DNA of 64,000 nucleotides. Source: Tubiluchus corallicola (taxonomy: Eukaryota > Animalia > Priapulida). Each line of letters begins with the position of its first letter. The first letter of the stretch is position 1. Both the position numbers and the translations under genes were made by a program. Positions 1 to 13,548 of this stretch are shown piece after piece. Location: contig JAQGDQ010000024.1 in NCBI GenBank assembly GCA_030141605.1, positions 1,054,001 through 1,118,000 on the forward strand. Direction: 5' to 3'. The notes under the pieces were generated by a model. That model was not told where the DNA came from, searched no databases, and saw only the letters and a list, made by a program, of their open reading frames with translations.

Positions 1-2035
1 GTTTCTTAAGTATGTAAACTCATCAGAAAAAGGATTAGTTATTATCTCTGTGGTCTGCATGTCAAATTTTGACATATTTCTATACTATAAATAAAATACC
101 ATTTGCAGAGTACAAAAGCCAAATTTAAATCTTAATTCAAGTGAAATACTATTTAAGTGTTCTTGCCTGTTTCAAACTATCTTTATGTGTTTATACAGTT
201 ATACATAAGTTTTACACAATTGCACTGCATGGTAATCTACAATTTGATCTTATTTCTAACTGTTGCACCTTCTTATAATATTTGATGCATGGGAGAGTGG
301 TACACACTATATCGTAAATGCTCACTTAATTACAGTAATGCATTCAAACAGGAGACAGTGTTAAGCGCATTATCATTAACCCTTCCACAGGAAGCAATGT
401 AAAAGTATGTTCTAGGAACCAAACTTGATGATTCATAAATTAGTAATGAAATTCACTTCAGGATCAGCAATATTTTCTCCTGAGTGTCTTCTCCTCTTTC
501 GTTGCACATTGTCATTCAAATGTTAGCATCATGGAAATCTGTCCCAAATATGCTGTGTGTTTGGGACAGGTATAACTGTTAGCAAGATGATGAAGACTTG
601 ACATTGAATGTAATATAGCAAAAGTATGATATAAATAGCCTGGCTAAGTGTAGAAATTAAATTACATGCATATTATAGTCCAAGAAGTTAAAAACAAATT
701 TATTGAAAAGTAATAGTTTCTGAAAATAACTTGCATCATAGTGGGATAAAGGCTGAAAATCCAAAGCTTTAAAATACTTGTAACAGTACTGTGTTAGGTT
801 ACAGGTTTATTTAGGCAAATGTGAGTTACTACCTTCTGGCACGCAGGAATTTCTCCTTGTACTGTAAAAATGCTTGACTTGTTGAAGATAGTGAAGATTT
901 AAAGTTATTATTATAGCTTTCGTGGTGATTTTATAGCTTTGTGAAGACCAAACTTTGTGAAAAACACTGACACCAGATTTTAAATAACATGTTAGGTTAA
1001 TTGAAGCAGGCTACCATTTTGTACAAGAGCTGCTAAAACGATTGGAAACTAGTTATTACAAACAAAGTTGTACAAGCATGGTTTATATGAGGGACTAGAA
1101 TTTAAATATTAAGAAAAACTCATGACATGGTCCCTTGCTTCAGTAAGTATCTTAGAGGTTTATAGCATAACTTTCCACAAATTTGTAATTTTGCATGACT
1201 TTTCTTAATACACTGCACAGTCTGCTGCTGAACAATTCTTCTCTATCTTTATATTGAATTGGTTGTTAGCTCTTTGTTTGTGGTGAAATTTCATAACTAA
1301 AAGTTTGCTTTAGCGTATCATATAATTATCGTTTTTTGCAGTTCAGTGCAGTTAACAGTCATTGATTGTAAAAAATTATTGTAATTCCAAAAGTATCAAC
1401 ATTTTTGAATGATTTTGTAAATTATAAGCCACACTTTGCACCTGTTTGACTTCGACATGATGTCTCATTTGGCTGAAAGATCTATTCAGATAAGTTTAAG
1501 ATTTTCCAGACATAAGAATTTTTGTATTTCTTCAATATGTGACATTACACAAGGCATAAAACAAAGTGAAACATTTGTGTCATGTTTCAGGTTTTGTCAT
1601 GCGTCAATACCAGATAACTATGACATAAATGTAATCTTAAAAAATGATCAGAGCATTACAGATATTAAATGTTTACTTTGAGCAGTGCATTTTACTCATT
1701 GCAACTGGATAAATTCACTAACGACAGCACTTCAAACATACGCAAACATGGACAGACAGTACATGTTTATGTACAAATTTATGTTTACAAATACACTGAG
1801 CTGTGCTGTTGAGGGTTTAAATGCCAACAGATGTGTATTTTTTGCAATTTTTAGATAAACTAGAATTAAGATACCCTAGCAGACCAACTGATCTATGTCC
1901 TGCCAAACAAAATTTTAGAGCAGAAAGAGATATGTCCAGTCTCCTAGTTGACAGAAATGCAGTGGACAAAGTAAAAGCCGCTAAAAATGTTGTATTTGTT
2001 GACTTGTTGTTATTAATTTTCTTACAATCATTTAG

Positions 2036-3402
2036 CCGAGTGTGTCATCGATATCTAAACCCCTTCTGCCATTGTCTGAAATGGTAAATTTGCTATTTCA
2101 TTTTTCGTGCTAAGTTTTTAATATTGCGTGAACTGTAGTTTGCTGAGTTCAAAAAAACTTGCAAAGTTTTTATGACATTTTTACTCCTTACAAGTAATGT
2201 GCCTTTGCACATCTGCATTCAGTGAATGTGTGTGTTGTGTATGTATGTGTGCGTGCGTGTACGTGCGAGATGTGTGCAAGTGAATCGTGCGATACTTCTC
2301 TTTGTATGCTTGATGGTGATTGATGATCGATGGATTACTAGTCCAATATTACAATAATATTAATCCTTGATAATCTCATGATTTCTATTTTAACATTAAG
2401 TACAGTGAATGGCAAATTTTGCATTTTATCAGAAGCTAAATTTTAATGTTGAAATCAACACTTGTTATACTGATGCCATAATAGCCACTTCGCTGATTAA
2501 TCATTAGTAGTGCAAAGTTTCCTCCAGCAAAAGTTTTTATAAAGAACTTTTGTGCGGGAAGATTTAGAAAGCTTAGGCTGCCTAAAAAGTTATGAAGTAC
2601 TTATAGAAGTATTTCTCTACTGATTGTAATCATAAAACTTAAAACAGTTTCGTTCCGTACAAATGTAATAGCAGCAATACTGCAATCTCATGAAAAAAAG
2701 CATGTCATTTGTTTTTTCCTTGTTCATTTTAACATTACTAATTTAACACGATTTTCTGTTGTTAGACAACGGAACCAGATTTTGGGGAGATAAAAGAGTT
2801 GAAAGAACCAACCGCACCTCCTCGTCAGGTGTATACATTTTTCTCATTGTTTTTCATATTTTTTAATTTTGTTTGTGACAGCTTCAGTTTGTCATTATGT
2901 TTAGTAAACTAATATTAGGAGTTTGATAAAACTTTTCATTGTAGCTTTCGAGATAACTGTCGAAAATGAATTTTTTTATTCGTGTTCATGAAAATTGTGA
3001 CTTTAACAGTGAAAGCATCATATCACTATAATAATCATCATAATAATTAAACTACCATTTACTTGTCCTCTTACTTAAAAGTTTACTACTAGGTTTCTTT
3101 TTAATGATTTTCTGTAATTTTTTGTTGAGTGCTAATTTTATCTACATGTCTATAAAATAGATATAATCTACTTTATCTCTAATAAACTATACATACTACT
3201 ATAATCTACAAAGTACCATGAATGTTGTTTGTTTGCTATGTGATACAAATAATGATTTAGGGTTATTTACTTCTTTAAAATACATTTCTTAGATCTTAAA
3301 CTTTATTGTTTTTTTGTGTGAGTGTAGCCAAAGCCTACTGGTCTTCTCGGTAAAATGAAGAAATTTTTCAAGCCTGCTGATAAACCTGATAAGCCTCCCC
3401 AG
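2036..3402 (+). CDS. IFT46: Putative upstream short exons of IFT46 (2036-2083, 2766-2828, 3328-3402)
   Basis: Each has a pyrimidine-rich TAG acceptor and a GT donor, is phase 0-0, is stop-free and has a length divisible by 3 (48, 63, 75 nt): PSVSSISKPLLPLSEM / TTEPDFGEIKELKEPTAPPRQ / PKPTGLLGKMKKFFKPADKPDKPPQ. All are compatible with the phase-0 acceptor at 4665. No homology recognised. Confidence 0.55.
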
Positions 3403-4664
3403 GTATTTGTATGTGCCGTAGTTGTTCGTACAACTGTGAGTGTAAACCTGGTAGACGGAAACTTGCTTGATTTAGTGCTTGAGTTTTCATAATATTTCGT
3501 TGTCTACAGACTGCAGAAACTGATATAAATTACAGGTGTCAAACAAATGTAAACAAAGATGTAAATGTACAAAAGCATGATTAAATTAGAAAATTTGAAA
3601 AATTTTGCACCTTCACTGGGTACTCAAACAGAAGACCTGTTTTCCGAGCAGCTATGTCAACCGTCACACCACCAGGCATTTGACTTTTCAGTTTCAGAAA
3701 TTTATTGTATAAGCCACTAGATGTCTTATCAACTGACAGACTGTCTATCAACAGATAATCACTGGCCCCGCTGTATCAAGAAAGCGAGAGCACAATCGTA
3801 TACATGCACTAAAGCAAATTAATTTTATATTTGTGCATTGTATGTGTGGGAACTAACCCTTTTTTCAGGTTGCATTTTGTATTTCATTTTAGGAAAAATC
3901 ATAATTTGGACATTTCGAAATATTTTGAAGTACTTCAATATTTGCCAGTAGGCGTAACCCTATACTATAGTAGATATTAACATGCTTACCATATAGTACT
4001 TAATGTAGAATTTGTATCTTTTGTTTACTGCATGGAAGATGTCTCTGTCATTTTTAGAAGCTAGTGAGTCATGACACTAGTATGTTAGCTATCAGATGTC
4101 ATAGAATTGTGTTTCAATTTAACTTGCATGATTTGTGACGTTACATTTACGGATTTTACTTTATGTGCGGGAGTAGCAATCACTTCGCTTTCTCTCATTT
4201 ATGTCACCAGAGAAATAATTACCAGATTGCAATTTAGTTACACCATGGTATAGTAAAACTAGGAACAGAAAGCATGCCCGTGAACACCTATCAATACCAT
4301 ACTGTACTGTGGCTTTTTTCAGTGGCCATCTTGGATTTTTTAACTTTTCTTTAAATGCAATGTAGTTTGATGTCATCATTGAATGCATGGAACGTTGAGA
4401 ATGTTTATTCTTTTCCTGTAGGAGCGTCGTCGTAATAATTCAGGCAATGTTTTTTTAGCCAGAATAGTAGCATTTTATTAAACCACAGCAAAAATATAAA
4501 CAATGCTTTGCTTTGTAGTTGACAATGATGACGACTGTATAATATTACCATATTATTTTTCTGGCTATACTGTAGAATTGTAGAGGAGCTTTTTGTCTTC
4601 GAGATGAGAGGGCCAGTTTCATTCTGCGGTGTATCCCATTTCTCATAATCAATAATTTTTTCAG

Positions 4665-5104
4665 AATAAAAAATTTGATCCTGATGAAGAAGAAGAAACT
4701 GAAGACGAAGAAGATGATGATGATGACGACGACGATGATGATGATGATGATGATGAAGCAGCTATACCTTTAGAAGGGTGATTGTTTTGTCCTTGTGATA
4801 CTTTAAACAATCTTGATGTCTATAAGTAAATTTTTTCCTAAAGAAATATTAGTATTCAATGTGAACTGCTTATTAAATTTACCAGTGAGACTTTTTTATT
4901 CTTTATTTTGCAATTTTCCATGCTAAACATGTTAAAGTAACTGAACTTAGAATGATTTTCCGCTGCATCCTTAAAATAGTTATTTACTTGCTGATGGGTT
5001 AGTTAAATTTATATAGCAGAGTTGCTGTTTTTATATTATGTTGACAGAAGCTCATTACTTTAAGTATCTGTTTCGTTATTTTCAATCGATTTACAAGATT
5101 AATG

Positions 5105-5143
<39 letters not shown>

Positions 5144-8100
5144 TTGCCAATGCCTTTCTGAGAGTTACAGTTTTTATCTTCGATCAGTTACGCTGTGTGT
5201 TTCGTAGTAGCTTATTGTGGTGAAGCAGAATGAAAGGAAAACTTGCCGTGTGAGCTGATGTTTCTCACAAGCCTTACAATTCAAGCGTAATAGAGGCATT
5301 GAGTTTTCAGCCTTTAATGAATTCATTATTATGCTTCGTTTTTTGGTAACTAGAATTATTGCTGATCATTTAGTGTTTGCCTGTTCTTGTGCACTTCTAA
5401 ATACTAGATTAACATTCATGTATATATAATTTTTAATCAATCATTTTAAACATGCTGATGCTAACAAAAATGTTTATGTTTTAGGGCGTATGATCCGACT
5501 GAATATTCACAGCTTAATGTTTCACCGGAAATTAAACGACTGTTTGAGCACATAACCAGGTATGCCATATTTTATTATTTATTAAACGAGATTAAGAAAA
5601 CTTTTGAAAATGTCTGTTTTCTGTTGCATTTTTGCAAGATTATTTGTTTTTCAGAGAATATAATTTTATTGTCAAAGAAAAAATGCACAGTTTGGTTCAC
5701 ATTAAAAACTTTAGCCTATCTGGTAATAAATGAAATGTTAACAATTAAACTTTGTCGATAACAGAAACATTAAATTTTCAGGTATACCCCACAAAGTATT
5801 GAATTAGAGTACAAGCTGAAACCTTTTATACCAGATTTTATTCCAGCCATTGGTGACATTGATGCATTTATAAAGGTACAGTTAATTAATTATAATTCTG
5901 ATGTGATACAATTAACTAATAGATATTCAATTTTTTGAAACCATGTTGGAGAAAAAGAAGGAAACCTGATTTTGACCTAGGCTTAGTGTTGACTTTTCTG
6001 GATTTCCCAATTTCATTCAAATTCAGTTTAGAGAATTTAGTAGCAGTGAGTTTGTTCCACTTTTAATTATAATGTTTAAATGCATTATATGCATGTTTGT
6101 AGACGTTTTGTTTCTTTTCTTTTATTTTAGAAATGATATTCTTATTTTTTTACAATATATTTTTTGCAACAAATTGTTTTTTCTTTAGTTTCTCATCTCA
6201 CTGTTATATAAAGTCTTGTTATGTTAAGAATGCTAACACTGGCATTTGCTCTTCCTAGCTGCCTACCTAATGGTCGCAATTAATTATTTGTTGGCTGTGC
6301 AATTTTTTCAACATGTAATTTTTTCTGTTTTTGGTTGGAACAATTTGTTTGAAATATCTGATCTGAAATAAGCTAGCCGCTGTCTTCATTATGCTGTTCT
6401 GTTGCTCTAGCAACTGCTGCTAGGTGTTAGGGTACGAGAATTTTAATAGTAATTTAATAGAAATTTATTAGGAAAAAGGCTATCATTTTTTGTGACATTT
6501 CTGAAAAAATTTCAAGCCTGTTATATGATATTAAGTGTTGGCACATGAAGTTTTTAAACAAAAACAAACAATGTCCTTATATAAAAGCAGCAATTAAAGA
6601 ATCAGACAACTGTCATGACATATGATCAATTTTAATATTCTATTCTTGCACTTGTGTTTAGCAATATTTTTTGCTAATCAAGGGGCAGACCACCAGGCTT
6701 TACGTGGTACATCCTTACTATACAAATTTATACTGAAGCATTTTGTATTTTTCCTAGACGTGCTCTCATTGAGATATTTAGCTGGATTTTACTAATTATT
6801 TTGCAGAGTAAGATCTTCGTAAATAATGTATGTTTCTAAACTTTTAACTGAACATAATGTTGCTAAAGTAAGAAATTTTTATCTGATTATGTGCAGAATT
6901 GATTTTCATTGATTTTGAAACCTTTTTGAAAGCTTACGTTATATAAAAATGCTTGATATAAGTTATAACACTTGCTAATTTGAATCTGTCTTGTGGCTCC
7001 AGTGGCTTAATAATGGTGCAGCCAGCTAACTAGACTGTTAAAACAAATGTACATTCAGTGTAAGCTTGTTAGTATTGGGTAAATTCAGGACTTTTGCGGC
7101 ATTGTTTTCATATTAATGTGTGAGTGTTCCTGCACTTTGAATTTTTACAGGTTCCACGACCTGATGGTAAACCAGACACGTTGGGTTTGTTTGTCCTAGA
7201 TGAACCAAGTGCAAAGCAGTCTGATCCAACCGTTCTTGATCTTCAGTTCCGTAATTTATCAAAGCAGACGTCTTTAAAACAGACCGTATGTGTGTTGCAA
7301 AGAAACAATAATAATATTAACATATTACTGTGTTACATTAAATTACTTTTGCTGTTATTAGTAAAGGTGACAGAGTTACAATGTAAAGAAGTCTCTGCCC
7401 TTCGTTATAAGTATTGAAATATTGATTAATGTATTTCTCTTGTGCAATTCTGAGTCCTATATTTTAACATTTATTTCATTGATGTAATTAAAATATAGTG
7501 CTAAGTATGGTATTTACCTTTTAAAACAAAGTAGATGTATAATAATTTGCTTAATAACATTAACTAATAAATTTAGCCATCTATTTAAGATTAGCTCTGG
7601 CAAATCAACCACCACTGTGCTACTGGATGTGGGAGGATGGCAGACAGTGTACCCATCCTCAAATTTTCCACTATAGTATTGCTATGCACTAGTTACTTTT
7701 CTAAAACACTCACTTGTAGCAGTAATTTGTTGTTGTCCAAAAATAACTGTTGATAAGCTTTTTGTGCAAGATTTTATTTCAGTGCTTGTTAAAGTATTAG
7801 CACACTTTTTAAAATCTTTTTTTAGATTATGTATTATTATGCATTTTTAGGAAACTTTATTTCATTTTTTAAAACTTTGTGGAAGTGCAATTGCTAAAGT
7901 CTGGTAAAAAAATTTTCTTTAAATGTGTTTTCAAATCTTTTGTAATAATTCAATGCAGTTGGCTTTGTGTTAAATTTTAGGTTTTTTACGTGATGAAATA
8001 TGTATGAAATATTTGATACATTAGCTTGTCACAGTTTAACATACTATTGCAACTTTTTGTGACTTTAAACAAACTCTACACACTTTGCTGAAGTTTTTTA

Positions 8101-9655
8101 GAACACTGCAGGTTTGCAGTTTGGAGTCAATAAGTTCAATAATAATATCTATAATTTAGGTTGTTAAGAACATTGAGAACGCAGAAAGATCTCCAAAGGC
8201 AATAGAAAACTGGATAAAAAACATCAGTGAATTGCATCGGGACAAACCACCACCCACAGTGCATTATACCAGGTGTGTTTAAATGCTATGTATTTTATTA
8301 TCTTAAAATCATGCACATTAGTTTATTTGAAGGATGAGTTGCCTTGAAGAGTACATGAATGCTATTAATGATTTTGCAGAAATATGCCAGAAATTGAAGC
8401 ATTAATGCAGGAATGGCCACCTGAGATGGAAGAACTGTTGAAAACGGTATAACTGTTTGCTCTATTTTCCCGTTTAAAGTAAAAAACTAGGGTAATGTGT
8501 TTCTTTTTGTTCGATTGCGTATTATTTTAAGGCATCTTGAACATTTTGTGTATTTACAAAAAATGTGGAGTGTATGTAACCCTTGAACTTGCTGTGAAAT
8601 ATTACGGGAATGTCCTAGCTGCTGCTGAGCTGCTCGTAAGTTTTAGAAGTAATACTTTCTTATTGATAAAACTTGCAGGAGCAAATTTTGAATGCCAAAT
8701 ATACTGTGGTCTTAATAACGTAGCCTGAGAGGGCTTGATTTGTTTTGTAGTTTTTGCATGAAGTTTGCTCGCATAAGATGAGAACATGTTCGGCTTGTCG
8801 ATATAATAAACCTGTGTGGAGACATTTGTAAAAAGTATTTTTTCTGATTTTCGTATTAAGTTTTTATCATTACACCAAATGTCCTTTACAAACTATGTAT
8901 ATCCATAAGAGCACACTTTTGCAAGCAAAGCACTGCTATCCTTTTTTAATAAATAATTAACAGCAAATTATTAATTACTAACTAATAGTTTTTAAGTCTC
9001 AGAAATAAAGGTATGATTTTAGACGATACTAATTCTGCTTGATAAGGTTGACCTCCATCTTTATTTTTTAATCATTTTTTGTAGACCGAGTTGCCAAGTG
9101 CTGATTTGGATGTGGATGTTGGTACATATGCGGAGATGGTTTGTTCTTTGTTAGACATTCCTGTACACAAATCAAAAATTCAGTCGCTACATGTTCTCTT
9201 TAGTTTATATTCAGAATTCAAAAATTCTCAGGTGAGTTTTATTAAAAAAACGTTCAACTTCTTTTGACCTTTAGTACAAAACTGTGCAAGTTTTCTGTTG
9301 ATTAAATTTAAGCCAATCTCTTGTTAATCAAATTTATGCTACTTGAAAATTCTCAGGTAAATTTTACTAAGAAAAAGATTTGTTGTTTTGACATATGGGC
9401 ACAAAACTTGTTGCAAGTTTTTAATTGATTAAGTTTTAAGCTTACTTTTTGACTTACCTCAAATGTCATTTACTTCAAAATTGACCGAACTCATATTTTA
9501 TCACACATTTGTAAAATGAATTTATTCTAATGATTTATTCATTTGTTGTTATTTTTCAGCATTTTCGTTCACTTGCACAAGATAATAAGTTGGATAATGC
9601 ACTAAAACAACCTGAACAAGAAGAAGAAGGAAAAGCTGATAGACTCGTTCTTTAA
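4665..9655 (+). CDS. IFT46: Intraflagellar transport protein 46 (IFT-B subunit), multi-exon, 5' end unresolved
   Basis: GT-AG exons with consistent phases: 4665-4777, 5485-5559, 5782-5875, 7151-7285, 8160-8272, 8380-8446, 9085-9231, 9560-9655 (TAA 9653-9655). Spliced product: acidic D/E tract, then IPLEGAYDPTEYSQLNVSPEIKRLFEHITRYTPQSIELEYKLKPFIPDFIPAIGDIDAFIKVPRPDGKPDTLGLFVLDEPSAKQSDPTVLDL...WIKNISELHRDKPPPTVHYTRNMPEIEALMQEWPPEMEELL...LDIPVHKSKIQSLHVLFSLYSEFKNSQHF...ADRLVL*. These motifs match the IFT46 family as I know it. Confidence 0.96.
5109..5140. repeat. (AT)n microsatellite
   Basis: Pure AT run in an IFT46 intron. Confidence 0.95.
9221..9480. repeat. Old tandem duplication (about 125-bp unit) carrying a copy of an IFT46 donor site
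   Basis: AAAATTCTCAGGTGAGTTTTATTAA...ACAAAACT..GCAAGTTTT..TTGATTAA at 9221 recurs as AAAATTCTCAGGTAAATTTTACTAA...ACAAAACT..GCAAGTTTT..TTGATTAA at 9346. Confidence 0.75.
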
Positions 9656-10242
9656 CTGGTTTGTAAAGAGTGAAAAACTGTAACTGTTTAAGCATCATCC
9701 ATTCTACACCACTATGGAAGTACTGAATCTCTGTTTCAAAAATAAAAACTTGTAAATGGAAAAACGAATTTGGGTTATTAGCCTTTTCTTTCACGTTTAT
9801 CTAGTCCTTGTGTCATGTTTTGAATCTGTGCAGTCAAAGTACTTCACTTAGATCATGATGTTTGAGTATAATCAGTGCAAATAACTTTTGCATGGTCACT
9901 AGACATTCTGTTCAAGCAACTACTGTGTTACGTAATTTTATTAATAGCAGTCTATTGCTGATTCGTAGGAGCAAACAGCCAAAGTTTACAATATCTCACA
10001 CAAGAAATTACTTCGTGATGTGGATTAGGGTTAGTGTTGGGGTTTGGTATTTAAATTGTGTGAGAAATTGCTCAGAAAGGCAGTGAATTTTTACTATTTC
10101 ATTCTTTCAACTTGATGATTTTATTCCATCCGTAAAATTTAATTTTGTCATTTTATAAAAGCTGTTTTGTATTTAGCCAAAATTTCCATTTTTTATGTAT
10201 TTTGTTGCACTCTTTGTAGTAATTAGCTGCATGCGTGCTAAA

Positions 10243-10699
10243 TTACATTACTGACCTGGAGTGTTCATTTTGTAATTTAGTAGTATTTCTGCAAGGTAAA
10301 GTTCAACCAATATGTACATAGTCTGAGATTTTATAGTCTGAATGTTTTTCTGAATACCGATAAAATTTATGTACATCTGTTATTTATTTGTCCACATGCA
10401 CAGCCTCGTGTCCATACTATGAGAAAGCAGAAAAGCTCCGTCCACTTTTTGTTACACGTACGTTTTTTTACTTTTGTTGTAGTTGTGTAACTCGTTGAGT
10501 TACATTACTGACATGTAATAATTTGTGTTAATTAGTTAGTTAGTGGTTTACTTCTACAAAGTAAAGTTGAACTAATGTGTGAACATGCATACCTTGTGAG
10601 ATTTTATAGTCAGAATTTTCCCAAATTTTTATTTGAACACATGCACAGAAGCAGTCCACACTGTGAGAAAGCAAAAAATGCTCCGTCCACTGTTTGTTA
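10243..10699. repeat. Diverged tandem duplication downstream of the IFT46 stop
   Basis: Colinear shared blocks TTACATTACTGAC, GTAAAGTT, TGAGATTTTATAGTC, CACATGCACAG, TGAGAAAGCA and GCTCCGTCCACT in 10243-10454 and 10500-10699. Confidence 0.8.
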
Positions 10700-10814
10700 A
10701 GCATCATGTGTGATCGTTATGTATTGAATATAGACTAAACTTCTGTTGATAGTAATTCTTGTTTTTTATTGTCATTGCATTAATATTATAATATAAAAAG
10801 AAATGTATTTATGT

Positions 10815-10837
10815 TTTATTGTTTATTTAAAAATAAA
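10815..10837. terminator. Candidate back-to-back polyadenylation signals for SORL1 (-) and IFT46 (+)
   Basis: TTTATT at 10815-10820 and 10822-10827 (AATAAA on -) and AATAAA at 10832-10837 (+). The sequence switches from T-rich to A-rich here. Confidence 0.45.
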
Positions 10838-13548
10838 AGCCATAGGTATGAGCATTAGCTTAAAGTCTTAAACAATGTAATGACTATACAAAGTACTTAA
10901 AAATAACCATTATATCGTTATCGTCTTCAGCTATTGGATATTATTAATACATGTCGCATCGTTAAAGCATGAAATTTTGAATTTTGAGGACCCAATCACA
11001 CCACAACTAAACAGTCCTATTAAAAACTATAGCATTATTTTTAAAAAATTAAAACCTATCAAAAGGAGATATATTAATCATTGAGAGTTCTTGCACCACA
11101 TAATGTGTTTATTATTTACAAGCAATATTAACAGATCCCAAATTGAAAAATACTTTGTTGTGTGTGTGTGATTGGATTGTTACGATCATACATTCATCTT
11201 AACTAGTACTTACACAAAGCCAACATCCACACAATACTATAATGCATTTATGAATCGCTGGATTGCTAAGTTAAGCGGAATAATGAGGAATGGAAGTAGG
11301 TGATCATTTTTTTGAAAAAAAGACTGAAAGCAACTACATTCAATTAAGCAGCCGCCATTTGAACAACATGCTTAGAGACAAGTGGACGGAGATGCAAAAC
11401 TTCGAAAGTGTGGGAAAATGTGCGGTGAATGTTCAACAAGTGGAATTAGAAAGCTTTTTGAAATGTAATAATAACAAAATACCCGTCACATGATTTTAAA
11501 ATAAACAGCTAGCTGCAAGTTTTATAACAGACATATATCAAGGCCATGTAAACTGCAAAAAAACAAAGATTTATACAAAGTATTGTGACTAACATGGAGA
11601 AGTTACTAACAATATCACTGCTCTGACCTTTATGAAAACAGAAAAGAAATTCAAGAATAAAAATGATTATCAAAATGTGAGATTTCAAGAAGCTGGACTA
11701 ATGTCAATCAAAGTAGACAGAGATTCATTTAACACATGCTAGAAAAATGTAAAAAATACCATATTTCGTGGAATGTTCAAAACTTACAATTTAAAAAAAA
11801 TGACAATAGCAGGAATAATTATAATGTTTCATAATCTGAGACAAATACAAAAGTTTTTGTTTAAACCAATGCCCCACTTAGTGAAACTTTACGAACAATT
11901 ATTTGTTACGTTCTAAAAATCTGTTTATTAATGTGATTTACTATATTTAAGTTTTGTTTTCTGACAAACTGCTAGCTACAGACACAATTCTTGTGCCCAG
12001 GGTCATGAGACGAACTATTTATACCAGGTAACTAGATAACATACTGTGTGAATACAACATACAACCTGCTTACTATAGCTGACAGTGCCGCTTAAATATT
12101 AAGCCTGGGCCAAAATTCTAGTGCTAGACAATAAGGTAGCCAGCTTCTGACTCAAAGATAGTCACTTTTGCAGTCTGAAATAATAAAGTCTTTGGGTGTG
12201 GCTAGTTAACCAACTCAGTTTCAGGGTTGGCTGTTTCTGAATTTAGCACCCATTTGCTGTTTCATTTGGGTTAAAGTTGCAGAGAGAATAGTGCCATATT
12301 TGGCTAGTACATAAGAGGAAAGAAAATCCATGACATTTAGAAAGTAAACTGGATTTGTGTTTAAAATTTGAAATTTAACAATATATTATTCTGTACAATT
12401 TGGTTAAGTGAGGACTTACTGCAATAGAAATTAAAACAGGTAACCCTCAACATCAGCTAAACAGCAATGCTTTGAAACAATTTAAATATTACACGAGTTG
12501 TATATATTTTTCTTCTATAGAATTCCTAGTCGTTATAGATAACAATAAGAAACTGGTTTTGGTAGGCATGCAGTTGTCGGGCAAGTTGTATACTATGTTA
12601 AAAACTACAGACCATATTTTTAGAAAACAAATTCATTTTCATGTTAATTTACATAACACTCAAGACTACGGTTACACCTGCATGTTAAACTTCAACAAAC
12701 ACTAACTCGGTCATAGTTTAATGCTCTTGCATACATTGAGAATCAAAAACATTTTAATTTCTCGCTATGAGTAACCTATGGCTACTATAGCTTCTGATTT
12801 TCACATTACACTGTATTATTGTGTAATTCTGATTCATTCCACATAGGAAAATATAACATTCATGTAAGAAATAATTACTAATTCTCTCCAATGTAAATTT
12901 GATTTGACTGTAATAATAATTCTTCTTATCACAGATATTAGCAAAAAAGAATGATTTCGTATTAGATATGTACAGCTGCAAGTAAAAACTTTGTTTCTCA
13001 GTCCTATCAAAACTGTCTTATAACTGTGATTGCTTGATATATTTTATAGATTTTTCAACAGAATTTAAACATGCATGTAGAAAAAAATAAAAATAAGATT
13101 TAAAAGAAAATTAAAAGCAATCCAGTTTTACAAAAGTTAATAATTTGAAATTCATAATCGAGATTTGTTGCTACAATTGTACCTAAACAATCTTTTGCAT
13201 GCATGTGGGCAGAAATAAATTTCACTTATCAATGTAGCTTGCATAACTTTACTACATTTTTAACTGGATAATTGGTTTCAGACGCATTATGAACTGTGGC
13301 AATGCTTCAAGCCAGCCAATTAAATTATAAATAGCTGAAAAATTCACAGGAAAAAAGAAAACCAAGAATGGCAATCTCTACTTACAAGCTAGTAACCAAA
13401 ACTTCGTGACAGCAAATCAATTCAGTGAAGAATATGCAGTGATACCAGATCACTATTGTTATAATACACATACAGTTTTATCACATACAGCTAATTACAC
13501 ATTACACCTGTATTGGAAAAGTTACGCATTTTTTCGGCACCTCCGTGC

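Noticed and set aside
4519-4630. Additional IFT46 mini-exons at 4519-4536 and from 4584
   Set aside because: Phases or intron lengths (about 34 nt) are implausible and donors are weak.
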